A stretch of DNA of 64,000 nt from Eutreptiella sp. 'Long Island Sound 2002'. Lineage: Eukaryota > Protista > Euglenida. The stretch lies in NCBI GenBank assembly GCA_964036045.1, contig OZ038378.1, positions 108,438,001 through 108,502,000 of the forward strand. Reading direction: 5' to 3'. Positions 1 through 11,409 of the stretch are shown one piece after another. The translations under genes and the position numbers were made by a program. The notes under the pieces are model-generated. The model saw nothing but the letters and a program-made list of their open reading frames with translations. It did no database searches and was not told where the DNA came from. How positions within the stretch are numbered: the stretch's first letter is position 1; each line of letters begins with the position of its first letter.

Positions 1-9
1 CAGACCATT

Positions 10-1240
10 GTGGATGCTTGTGGCTGTCATGCCAGCAACCAGAGCGACAGTTGGGATAGGGGCCTGATCTCCAGCTTACCCATACCCTATTGTGCTGACT
101 CTCTTCTCTATGTGGATTTCATCCACGGCCTACCACGCTTCGGCGGCTATGATAGTTGCCTAGTGGTCACCCGTGGCCTATCTTGCTTCACCCGTGTGTT
201 CCCTTGCAATAAGAAAATCACAGGTGAGCAGACTGTGAAACTGTTGGTCGAACAATGGTTCGGACCCTATGGGGCACCTAAGCAGGTGCACTCTGATGAG
301 GATGTACGCATCCGCAGTGACACTGGGTGGTACAAACGAGTGCTAAATGCCCTCACGGTGGAGGTAACCACAGGTGTGCCGTATACCCACACGTCTAACC
401 CTCTCTGTGAGAGACAGAACCGCGTGGTGGAGCAAAGCTTAAGAATCCTGATGAAACAGGTGCGTACCAAGGACTGGGTACGCCTAGTGCCCTGGGCAGT
501 GCTGACCATGAACTCACAGCGGAGCTCTTCTACGGGTTTCACCCCCCACAAACTGTTCCATGGAGGACGACCTGCTTGGTTCTTCAAAACCCCCTTTCCT
601 GAGGACGTCAAGAGCCCTGTGGGAGATTGGCTGGAACACAAGCAGTCTCTGGCTAACCAGGCTGGGACTAACCTGAGACACATTCGTCACCGTTAACTGA
701 GCCAACGGAACCGCCTACGGCGACCTGCCAGCTTCAAGGTTGGTGACCTTGTTTTGGTTCACCATTCACGCCTACCCTCGTGGCCACGTAACTGCCTACA
801 GGACCCTTATATTGGACCCTATCGTGTCATCAGGATAGATGGATCCAGGATCCATGTCAGGTGCAGTCCACGTCTAGGTGGTGAACTGCTGTGTGCACCT
901 AAACAGTTGAGGCGTTATCACTCCCCTGACAATTTGTCTTGGGATGAGTGGCGCCTCAGCGACAGTGAGGTCGAGTTCATAGACCTAGAGAACGCTGCCA
1001 GTCCAGAGGAGGCAGACGAACTCGAAGAGATGACTGCCGATGAGATGGCAGTCGATGGTTACTGCTGGTTGCAGTTATTGCTCGCCACGAGTATAAACAG
1101 GGCTGGAAATTCCTAACCCTGTGGGATGGCTATGGGTTATCTGAGGCGACCTGGGAACCTATGTCAGCCTTCATACAACCAGATGGGAGTGTCAACCCCA
1201 TCTTCTGCACCTACCTCGTTCTGAACAACGAGGGGCAGCT
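10..1240 (+). pseudogene. pol: Gypsy integrase (rve core 10-696, GPY/F motif, chromodomain ~1030-1230), broken by stops and frameshifts
   Basis: LYVDFIHGLP...VHSDEDVRI...SNPLCERQNR (D,D,E); YIGPYRV; frameshifted WDGYGLSEATWEP chromodomain signature. Confidence 0.9.
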
Positions 1241-1970
1241 CCTAACCCGTGCTGAGTCTATGTCCCCGTGTAAAAAGCGAAACTCATTTCCTTGTGTCAG
1301 TCTACTGACAGGTGCAATGAGCACTCTTCTGCAGACGTGCCTGTGTATGGGTGTAAGAGCAGTTGTCACAGTTGCCCCGCATTGCATCGCAGGACAGGAC
1401 CGTTAGCCCCCCGTGACAACCACTCCGTGGCCGAAGGCCATTGGTTTTTCACAGACTACTGCTTACTGAGCACTGCACTGACCCTGTCTGTGCCCTGCAG
1501 ACCCATGCCTATGGTTTCCAGCGTGGGCCAGCTGGCCGCTTATCAGGATTGCAGCCACCCAGCCAGTGTATGCCTTGTTGACCATGTGTTGCATGGGGAC
1601 TGCCCTGTTGTAATGACCGTGGGGATCCAACAAAGAACGGTGGCTTACTACACCAGGGGGCAATGACAAGCAAGGTGTTATGAGGCAAGGTGTGTCTTCC
1701 CTCCTTGGAGACAAGCGTGCCCACACTTAGGACCCCTGACTGGTCCAGACCCATGGGGTTCTACCCTTCCTTACACGGTTTACCATACCCCTATGTGTGC
1801 TACGTATGTCTGTGTGTGTCTCACTTCTCTCCCCGGCGTGGCTCCCGGAGACCAGGCTTCGCTGACGTCGGACCGAAGGTCCTCATCAGGGACTATTACC
1901 ACTCCTATGGTGCCCAATTTCTGAGCTGGCGCCTATCCTTGGGGGAAGACGGCAAAAGCCGTACCTACTA

Positions 1971-1984
1971 GAGGAGAGGGGGGG
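1971..1984 (+). other. Polypurine tract of G1
   Basis: GAGGAGAGGGGGGG, 5 nt before TG at 1990. Confidence 0.6.
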
Positions 1985-1989
1985 CCAAG

Positions 1990-2300
1990 TGTGCTAAAGG
2001 CATACAACACGCCCATTTTTGCTAAGGGCCAAAAGCTAACGCACTCCCCTGCCCACGAGGAAAAGCACGCGGGACAGGAGACACCACTACACTACACTCA
2101 CTAACGCCAGCACCGGCCTTCGAAGGCAGGGTGAGCACTCATCACCTGCACTCAACTCCTGCCAGGCATGCTGACCCTAACCCCTACACGCGCTACTTGG
2201 TGTTGCTGTCAATGAGGTGTCGCGTCATAATGACCCTCCTGTGAAGAAGACAAGAGAACACAGCGCTGCTAAGCAACTGTGGCCTAACAGGGACGTCACA
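1990..2300 (+). repeat. Candidate 3' LTR of G1
   Basis: Follows the PPT; starts TGTG and ends CACA (4-bp inverted termini). The partner LTR is outside the window, so the boundary is unconfirmed. Confidence 0.45.
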
Positions 2301-2334
2301 ACACGTTTCCCTGCTAGGGCTGGGAGGGAAGGGG

Positions 2335-3263
2335 TGCTCTTGTTACATGCACAGCGCGGATGTCGATGGAGTCGAACTGCCCTCGCCACTCCTGGCTGAG
2401 GCGCAGTCAATTGATTGTGTGATCAGCGCCCCTGTTTAGCTGGGGCAGAAAAATGAGATAGTCGCTGGAGGCAGCTGCTGCGTGCACCAATCACCCTGAA
2501 CCTCTCCCACCTGTACAACAGAGGCCAATGAACTGGGTTCGAGACAGAGGAACCAAGACACACTCCACGTATTATACGCTTCTTAGTGTGCCCTATAAAA
2601 CACTGTTTCTGAACCCAGATGCAAGCAAGCAAGCTTAAGTACTTCGCCCGTTCCCTTATGGAACGTAGGGCGAAGCCCTGGGTAACCTGGCAAGGGTTCA
2701 TACCGCGTGCACAGCGCGTGGCCTACTGTCAAATCCCTTTAATGCATCGTGTGCACGCATGCAGGGAAGGGAGGCGGAACCATAACCACAATGACTCAAC
2801 CAGGAGGTGAGCTCCTCCCCGGCTTACCTACCTTACTCACCATGCATCGTGCGAACGCCGAAGTGAAGCGAACGCAAAACAACCCTATTGCGAGTTTTAA
2901 ACAAGCCTAAGCGTTTTAAGCAACCCTACTTTAACGCTACGGGTACACGCAAGCAAACACTTTCTTTTCTTACCTGTTAAGAGAGAACAAGGATGAACGA
3001 GGGTGCAAGGAAAGCGTCACAGCGTGTGAATGCCTCAATTAGGCACATGCATCGCGAGCACAGCGCATATTCTAACCCAGTGTGCGCGCTGCGCGCTCCA
3101 TTCGCATCGCATACCTTCCATTCCTGTTTTGACCTGTGCAGAGCAAAAGAGATGAGCGCCAGAACCCCCAACGAACACAGCGTTGACAACCCTAACGTTT
3201 TAACGAAGCAACCAACACGAACGCAACGCATGCGTGTGAGATGACACTGGCATACCTGAGAGG
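2335..3263 (+). repeat. Second LTR-like segment bracketed by a PPT-like tract (2322-2334) and a PBS-like TGGCATACCTGAGAGG (3248-3263)
   Basis: GGGAGGGAAGGGG then TG...GATGACA (3246), 1 nt, then TGG. No second copy in the window. Confidence 0.3.
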
Positions 3264-3691
3264 TGGGTTGTCCACCTGCTCTGTGGTGTGGGTTGACTTT
3301 GAATACATTTCTCTAAAGTTTATAAACATTTTGATGGAACTGTGCAAAAATTTCCTTTGAACTTTAAAAACTACGGCGCATACTTTCTTTTTCAAAAGCC
3401 GTTTACGCTTGAAGTCCGCTTCCTTTGCGCTTGTCTGCAACTTTGAGTTTGGTGTAAAAATGACGATTTCTCGCGTGATTTCATCAATTTTCAGCGAATG
3501 ATCTGTTAAATAGCTACCCATTTCGCTAAACCGCAGGAATCACTCCCTGTTGGTTACATTTTCTATTTTTTTCAGCTCCTGGAGATTTGTGTCCTCCATT
3601 GGGAGTATTGCTCCGCCCTGGCCCTTGGTCAGGAGGTCTACTGGAACGCTGTTTATACAGCGATCGCCGTCCGCATCAGAGCGGTCGACTG

Positions 3692-3755
3692 TACCCTAGT
3701 GGGCAAGCACATGTGCTCTAGGGAGGGAGTCCTGGGTTCAAACCCCACTACCCCC
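3692..3755 (+). mobile_element. tRNA-derived (SINE-head-like) Pol III A/B box segment
   Basis: A-box-like TACCCTAGTGGG at 3692 and B box GGTTCAAACCC at 3735, with tRNA-like spacing. No complete cloverleaf or CCA. Confidence 0.5.
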
Positions 3756-4659
3756 AAAAATTTACCGAAACTTTTCGTTGCACGCCGGCGACTTTTGAGG
3801 AATGCCCCATCGAAGGGACATCATTCACGGTACATTACACTGTTTTTCGAGGGTACCTACAGTGTGATAGGCTTCTATGAACCGATGAGGATGTTTTTGG
3901 TAAGTTTGATGCATTTTCTCAGGCAATTTTGGGAATATTTGAGCCTTTTTCCTTGGTCCTACTAGCTTAGCTAACTAGTACTCCAGGGGGGAGTAAAAAA
4001 AGGTCACTGCCATGTCTTTCTTGGAGGGCTTGATCCATACCAAGCCCCCCTTAAATCCCTTTTGTTGATGCTAAGACTAACTCAAGTACTTTTATCTCTC
4101 TTTTGAAGCCTAAGGTACACTTTCTCAAAGTAACTAGGGTTGTAACCCTAGCCCCCCCATGAGGTTCACCCCTACCACTCAACTGAGCGGAGGTACCTTC
4201 CTTCATGGAGGATATACCGAAATAAAATAGGCATTTCATGCTTAAGGCCTTGGAAGTTAAGCCTAGTGGTCTCCCACCCCAAGACACCTATACTCAATTG
4301 TTTCTACCACTTATTGTGGTTCTACGTTTTAACTGTTTCTGAATTCAGTTGCTTGGCCAAGTCATTTTTTGTGTTGGCCTGACATCTATGCCCCACATTC
4401 CTAACCAGCACCATTTCACCCAAAAGAGTGCACATGAAGTGCCTGATGCTATCTTGGAGGCCAGAGTCAGTCCAGTTTTCATATAAAATCTTTTGTATTA
4501 TCCATTTGTGATTGATTCTTTGTGTTTATACCTGCATTGTCTATCTGCAGCCCTTCTGTGTTACACTGGAAATGGAAAACTATTCATTGATTCGATCCAC
4601 ATCCTGTTCTTGCTCTACTTGCTGCTTTGGTTTGGGTTTTCAACTTGAAATCCTGCAGG

Positions 4660-5700
4660 ATTTCATCAAAATATCTAGCGCACTAATCAAGGACATCCTT
4701 CTCCGCGCCCACAGCCAGTGGGTAGCGGGCCCTGGCCGCAGGGTCCAAGTATGGGCAGTGGGGCATGGGAGAGCACCCCATCCCGCACACCCACACCCAG
4801 GCAAGAGCCCCCCCCCCCCGGCGCCCTTGTGCCGCCCCCACAGCGCACAAAACCAGCTCGCAAGGGCAGGCCCGCCCGCAGGGGGGCGGGCGACCCGAAG
4901 CCAGGCCAGGAGACGAATGGACCGGGCCAACCCCCGGAGAGCTAGAGGGACGGAGCACGGGACCGGGGCAGGAGATGCGGAGGGCCACGAACCGCCTGGG
5001 ACGGCCCTACCGGCGCCCTGCTCCAGAACTGCAAGTAGTTCGCGCGCCACACCCACGCAGGGGGGGGGCGCGTACGCCGGGGGAGCACAAGTGCAACCAC
5101 ACCCAACAGATACCCGGCGCGGACCCCAAGCGCAACCGGACCGAGCTCGCGGAACGCAATGACTGCATGGTATGGTGTACCTGTATGCAAAGCGAAGGGA
5201 CCCCCGGACAGGACAACCCGCAACATGCACGGCGAGGGACGCGAGGGAAGAGAGGAGCGAGAAACGGCTCCATGGACCCAAAGACCTGCCGCGAGCGCCG
5301 CGCCCACACGACCAGGGCGCTGCGCCCGCCAAGGCAGTAGTAGCACACAGTGCTACGCACCTGCTGCGCGGCTGGGCAGCCTCCGCGCCAGCCCATGGGG
5401 CTCCCACTGGCGACAAGCCAGTAGCTCGGGCCCGGCGGCACCGGCAGCCCGGGCGACCACGCATCAAGGGGACGGCGGACTGGGTAAGTGCCTGCAACCC
5501 CGGTTGCTGAGCATCGCACTGACCAGGCTGTGGCAAAACTCGGAAGCTGGAGAGGGACAGGGCTCGGAGCCCCGTGAACCCGGGGGACTCAGCCACCAGG
5601 CAAGAGGTGTGGCATGAAGGGCCCCCCACTAGGTCCAGGTAGGGAGGATATCACCTGGCCCGACCAGGCGGCCCCCCGAGGCCGAAGAACGCCTAGTACC
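4660..5700 (-). mobile_element. GC-rich decayed repeat, possibly a remnant of a tyrosine-recombinase (DIRS/Ngaro-like) retroelement
   Basis: Long overlapping GC-rich frames with fragments vaguely like YR C-termini (FCALWGRH). No clean H-x-x-R motif. Confidence 0.25.
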
Positions 5701-5772
5701 CGAAAAGTCAAACCTCAAACCTCAACCCTCAGATTACACGGAACGATACAGAGTTACTGCTGAAGCGTATAG

Positions 5773-5792
5773 AGGTAGGTAGGTAGGTAGGT
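5773..5792 (-). repeat. (AGGT)5, i.e. (TACC)n 3' tail of a minus-strand non-LTR element
   Basis: Perfect tetranucleotide run. The same tail type ends the TSD-flanked insert at 47745. Confidence 0.7.
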
Positions 5793-6246
5793 GCACTCTG
5801 TCGTGGAGAGGCGCCCCATGGTTCTCGCTGGCGTTGCCGCTGTGACGAACAGGAAGAGGCTCCGCGCTTGAAGAGGGAAGGCGGCTTACATCCCGCTAGA
5901 CCTGACTGGTGGCCTCCAACTAAGGGGCCCAGGGCATCACCGGGAGGGCTGATTGCCGCCAGCGTGACGTGCTTGTCATGCTGGGCAGGTGTGCCCTTGT
6001 GCTCCTGCACGACCCCTCCTTTAGGGGGAACCCTAGTGGTTCAACGCATTTCCTGGCGTATCCTGTTCCCAAGGCATGCATGCCGGTTCTCGGTACAGGG
6101 TATCCGAGGTCCTTCGGTGTCGCACGCTCTGCCTCGAGTCCCAAAGCAGCGAAGGCCTTAGGATGCAGCCTTTCCCCCGGTCTCCGGGTCATGTTTGGCC
6201 GGGTCACCTGCATGGCACGGACTGCCTTAGTGCCCCGGCTATGGAC

Positions 6247-6540
6247 AGTGGGTTTCTTACCGGAGTGTCGTGCTTGTATTCCGGTCTGGGTTTCGCGTTA
6301 ACCCTGCCATTCCTGGATGGGTTCTAGGCTGTGTGTTTTTTGTACGGGTTTTGGCTTCGCCGCGCCATTCCTGGCTCGGGTTTGTGGTGCGTGTGTTTGC
6401 GTTTGGGTTTCGCGGTAACCCCGCCATTCCTGGCTGGGGTCTAGGGTGTGTGTGTTTGGGTACGGGTTTTGGCTTTGCCCCGCCAAATTTGGCTGGGGTT
6501 TGCGGTCTGTGTGTTTGGGTTTGGGTTTTTCCTGCACCCC
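6247..6540. repeat. 59-bp minisatellite, about 5 units, alternating A/B types
   Basis: CCATTCCTGG-like anchors at ~6306, 6365, 6424 and 6483; units 1/3 and 2/4 are more alike. Confidence 0.8.
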
Positions 6541-7389
6541 GCGTTTCGTGGCACCCCGCCCTCTTGCACGCTCTCCGCTCGTACCCTGCAACTCTCGGGT
6601 GGGGCCGCCTGCAGTGAGGGGTTTTGTGGGGGTCGCTGTGGGCAGGGTTTCTCCATCCCCGACTCTTTTTGTTTTTCTTCCCGGCTTTCTTCGGTGCCAA
6701 GGGGTGGGTCTGTGGGTGTGGTTCTCGGCTCTGTGGTGTTGTGGTTCTGTGGTGGTCACCGTCGCCTGTTCTGACCTTGACCCCCTTGGATCCTGCTCCC
6801 CTAGTCCCCTTCGGTTGGGTTTTTTTTTTTTTGCTGTGTCCGTGTCCGTGTCGCCGGGGGCCTGCCACTTCTCTGGAGAGGGTGTGCACCAGCTTGTCGG
6901 GGGTGTCTTTTCCTCTGGCCCTTCGGCGGCTGTGTGGTCGTGGTGGGCCGCCTTTTTCTCTCTGGGCGTCCTCGGGCTGGGCGGGGTGGTTCCCTCGTGT
7001 CCTATCGGCGGGTCCTGTGGGTGGCGCCTTTGGTGTTGCTTGGCTGGGGGGCTGCCCGCCTTGTTGGACTCGGTGCGGGGCTTCGCTGTTGTGCGACTCT
7101 GCCCCCCGCTTTCCTTCTGTCCCGCTGGCCGGCAGGTGTGCTCTCGATGGCTGAGGTTTCCCCCTTTCTGTATTTTCTTTTTCGGGGGGGTTTGCCTGTT
7201 CTTCCCTCTGCCTTCCCTGGGCTGGGGCACGCACCAGTCGGCATACAGTGTGGTTTACTTGGTCGCTGTTGGTGTTATGGGTGGCCACAGGCCTTGCCCT
7301 GCCCCCTGCGTCCTGTGGTTTATGTACACGCATGGGCTGCCGGCCTGTCCTGTCGGGTTGGGCTCTGGTTCTGCCGGCTGGGCATTTGA

Positions 7390-10048
7390 GGAGTAGGACC
7401 GGCCCCTGCCATTGTGGGGGCCCATTCCCGATCTTTCCACCTTTCTCCCCGTGACACCAATTGTCCTAGATCTCTTCAATGGTGCCATTTTTTCCAATCA
7501 TCAATTTCGAAATTACAAAAATGTCCCACAAACACACCCTTTGGCAACCCTTGGCAATTAAAGTCCAAATACGTTATCCACCATGTCAAGTTGAGGGAAG
7601 TGTTGCAGACGGAGGCACTTGCGTCCATCAATACGTGAAAGTCACAGAGAAGGGAACAAGCAATGACAATGTCGGGCAAAGGAGTTGGGAGGTAGAAATG
7701 GAGATGAAGCCCTGGAATAAGATATGTAATTATCGAAGACGATGTTGCATCCCTACTCCAAGAAACGATTTATAGACCATGCACACTGAAACTATGAGTT
7801 CCGTTATGGACGTATGACACCATGCCCACACAAACCCGATACAACAGCTTGAGAAAACTCATTTGTTCACGAATGATCAGGCCTGACATAATGACATCAA
7901 TACGGTCCATTATATGTATGGCAACACACAAAGAAGTGCATATAAAACACCATGGCCTCATTGGGATCCTCACACAGCTTCGGCACACATGGCCCATCCT
8001 TACCCTTACCCACAAGACGGTAAAATGGAGTAACCAACATGGGTTTCAAACATACGAAATGTTCTCACCGTTGATCAACCATGACACCATGGCACCCATT
8101 AACACAAAGCACGGCATGGCCACATACATGACTTGCCCACCCTCATGAGTCACCAAGGTGCAAGTATGAAGAACTCGCAATCGGGAGCACTAAATATGAG
8201 TCGGGAGAGTGACCTCACGGCAATGGCAAACACTACTTGTCACCTTGCGTGTGTGACATATATGTTGTCATGATCGCAATGCTTCGGTACTCCACACCGG
8301 ACGCCGGGTACCCGTCACTCAGCAATGTCATACACCATGGCCAGCATGTGAATAGGCTTGACGGGTTTACTTGCTGCTTGCAAAGAAGACATTGAGAAGG
8401 GGCAGCCCACAAAACTTCAAATGTTTAGTGTGTGCTACATACCAATTGCTGGGCTCCCCACCAAAGACATGAGTAGAAAAGCCAACACACAACATATGTC
8501 TCATGCCCTCACATCCTTGGACATGCCACTCGGTCCCATCACCTGGTGCCTAATTCCTTGGGACCCGATGGCATAGGCAAACACAATCGTCATGTGCATT
8601 AGAAGCCATCCACACATGAACAAGTGAAATTCATATCGCCTATTTGTATGTTCGTGTGACACCCAACCAGATGAATGCATGCTACTTGGAGAGAGAATGG
8701 GTAAGAAAATTTGATAAGCAAATGCCCCGGGTCACATGTAGACAGCTAGACCCGGCCCGCAGAGTGAGTGCACAAAGAGAGGTATCCCGGGTCCACTGAG
8801 AGCACATCCATGTGAGATTGTCCCATCGGAAAGAGATGTAGTCCTGCCTCGAAGAAGGAGGCCCGGGCCCCAATCCAGGCCTTGAAAGAAATGATCCCGC
8901 CCCAATCCATGCCCGGAGAGAGAACCTAACCAATCCATGGCCCAGGAGGGAGAACCTAACCAATCCATGGCCGGGGACGGAGAGCCTGATCAATCCATGG
9001 CCCAGGAGAGAACCTCACCAAAACTCAATCCTGAGAGCATGCATATGGAGGGAGAGCTTCGCCTAGCCATGAGCAAGGAGAGTATTTCTGCACAGGGAGT
9101 GAGAATCCCCAACTTTCACCGACGATTGTCCCTATATCCAATTGCCAAAATAAGTGAACTCATGCCCTATTGCTTGCTCCCAAGAGAAGGATGGTGGATC
9201 ACCAACCATGTTTGATCAATGATATGAATTCATGGAAGGTTGCCGGAGTAAGACGGCAAATGAGAGGTTAACAACCAGGGCATAAGTGCAATTCTCATCC
9301 TTTAGCATGTTCACCCATTGCACGTGCACACATCATGTCCAACACACACAATCACCAAAGATTGACCCTCTTCGATTCCATAGGAGATCACGTTGTCATG
9401 CCACATGCAAAGCAAACAAATGATAAACCAAGAATGAGGAATTGCTTTGCCTTGCGGAGCAACGACCGAGTTACTTTCTTCCCTTCTGGTGAGCCTACCC
9501 CACCCGCATCCACTTCCCCTTCACTTCCACTAGGGTTCCTCAAGGTTCAAGGGACTAGTGGTCCCCAATTCACGTAGGCGTGGCACTGCCGAAGCAGATG
9601 CGCCCATGAACGTACACCGGTGTCCTCCCAAGTGCAGTGATGCACCCCAGGTTCACAGCCCATGTGGGCGGAGGCACCACACCAGGGTTTAGCCCGATCC
9701 TTAACTCCGGGCCTTCTATCATCCACTGGAGGTGCCCTAGCTTCTGATTCGTTTCCATTTCCGTAACAGGATAGAACTAACACTATTAGCACCCGTGGGG
9801 AAGAATTTTCAGACGATCGGCCCGCATTAAAGAACACAGAGCACGCGTACGCCAACAGGAACACGAGAAGGGCGCGCGCACATACAGCAGGCCTGGTCGG
9901 AACTAGAAATGTGAAATTTGCCATCCTGTGACCTATAAATAATATAAATTCGGAATTTCCCTGAATTTGTAACGGGAAGGTGCTGAAACCGCTGGAATCG
10001 CTGAAGTGTAGGATAGAGTGCAGCCAAATGGGATCCAAATCGGCTTCA
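7390..10048 (-). repeat. G2 3' LTR (~2.66 kb)
   Basis: Begins TGAAGCCG on the minus strand directly after the PPT; colinear with 29390-32151 at roughly 80-85% identity by eye. Confidence 0.8.
8902..9026. repeat. Four ~30-bp CCAAT-containing tandem repeats in the G2 3' LTR
   Basis: Units of the form CCAATCCATGGCCCAGGAGGGAGAACCTAA; the same four-unit array is at ~30930-31047. Confidence 0.8.
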
Positions 10049-10059
10049 CCCCCCTTCCC
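10049..10059 (-). other. Polypurine tract of G2
   Basis: Minus strand GGGAAGGGGGG abutting the LTR-initial TG. Confidence 0.8.
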
Positions 10060-11409
10060 AGAGCATTGTCACCTGCTCGGAAAAACATGAAGAGGACGGG
10101 AGGATCCAAGTTGCTCTCTTGGCACTCCCCTCATTGTGGGAGGGTACCACATACATCGTGGCCACCCGCCCAAGTAATTGGGGGGAGTTAGGATAGGAAC
10201 TCAAAAGAATGAAGTCCCTCCGATCACCACTAGACCTAAAGGCATAGGCTCGGCAGATCAAAGATAGACACAAAGCAACGTCGTCGACTAGTCTACATAA
10301 AAGACCATAAAGAGGTATATGATGCTCCGCATGCACAGAAGTAACCCCTTGCATGACCCGAACTCCCACCAAGAGACATGAGAGAGAGACCTTCGCATTC
10401 CTGGGGGAGAGATGACACTGCACCATGACAGGCGTACACACAAACAACAGCGAAGTTTTTTTTGTTTTATTTTTCATTTTATTGTGATTTCGGAAAAAAA
10501 ATGTTCCGAAATTTTCTTTTTGGGGTCCCCCGTTCCGAACTTGGCTCCAGTCGCAAGATGAGCTATAACGAACGTTGCCATCACGGCCAGCTTGCCAAAA
10601 ACCTTGTCGTGGATCCGGTCGAATGGTCCCTAGGTGCCCAAAACGTGGAGGAATGAGCACAAAATGTTCTATTAGAAAAAGTAACTATTGTTACTAAAAA
10701 TAGCACAAAAACTGAGATCTCCAAACTGAGGGACCCTGAAGGGAAACAAACCTCACCAACATGACGGCGACAGCTCTTCGGACGCTGCAGATTCAGACGA
10801 AACGCGAAACGGGGCCGGTATGGTAGACTTCCGAAAATAGAATTTTTGCTGCTAAAAATAGCCCAAGCGTTCCAAAAGTAGAACGTTTGTTCGCTAAAAA
10901 TAGAAGTAGTAGTTGGAGAGGGGTTTAGCACAACAGGTGGTCCCTCTGGCCTCCGGCATCCTCCAAATAGGTGTCCTTGCTCCAAAAAAAAGCGAATACA
11001 AAGCAACAAAGCAAGGTGGGTGAGGAGATCAAAACAAATAAATATCCACTTCATATCCCCCGTAGACTCTGGAATTCCAACCTGGAAGTCCACGAACGAT
11101 CCCATATAGCGGGGGTGTCCCTCCCGCCGATGCACTTACCAAAGTCTCCACCTCAAGAAGAGGAAGCTATGAGGGGTTCTTGACAACCATGGTTCCGTGG
11201 GAGTCCCCTTAGCAAGCAGTGACCAATTCTGCACACAAACAAATGAACACAACCGAGGACTCATCTTGGTTCCAAATGCCCGTCTCATGTCAATGAAATT
11301 GGGGTGACGGGTACTTGGGAGGTTTTGAGCCTTGACACATGCATCCTTACGGCAAGGAAATGAAATCAAACATGCAGATGCACAAAAATATGTGTAAAGA
11401 AGGTTGGCC

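Larger units (their letters stand above)
1..2300 (+). mobile_element. Ty3/Gypsy chromodomain LTR retrotransposon G1, 3' part (integrase, chromodomain, PPT, 3' LTR)
   Basis: Integrase DDE core, GPY motif and chromodomain-like C-terminus, followed by a polypurine tract and a TGTG...CACA bounded segment. Confidence 0.85.
5773..7386 (-). mobile_element. Probable 3' terminal segment (3' UTR) of LINE-C, displaced by the G2 insertion
   Basis: Same G/T-rich plus-strand composition as 32152 onward, ends in a (TACC)n tail, and lies directly outside the left G2 LTR. Confidence 0.55.

Noticed and set aside
3192-3521. 109-aa Lys-rich minus-strand ORF in an AT-rich patch
   Set aside because: No recognisable motif, and it runs into the LTR-like segment. 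It cannot be supported as a gene.
4003-4016. 14-mer GTCACTGCCATGTC also present at 44031-44044
   Set aside because: Several 14-mer matches are expected by chance in 64 kb, and there is no flanking extension.
5790-6250. Short resemblance to bacterial RNase P RNA (CAGTCCGTG, ACCCGGAG, CCACGACAGA on the minus strand)
   Set aside because: The spacing is wrong, the P4 elements are not seen, and the 3' match is absent from the related copy at 47745-48227.
7400-8600. Possible SGNH-esterase, KDZ or piggyBac motifs in translations of the long repeat
   Set aside because: The motifs fall in different frames and strands with wrong spacing. The repeat is better explained as G2's LTR.
8902-9026. Regularly spaced ~30-bp repeats as a CRISPR array
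   Set aside because: They are tandem degenerate units with no unique spacers and no cas genes, in a eukaryotic LTR.
10489-10512. TTTCGGAA...TTCCGAAA hairpin as a terminator or MITE end
   Set aside because: It is an isolated 8-bp stem in G2's 3' non-coding region with no partner TIR or TSD found.
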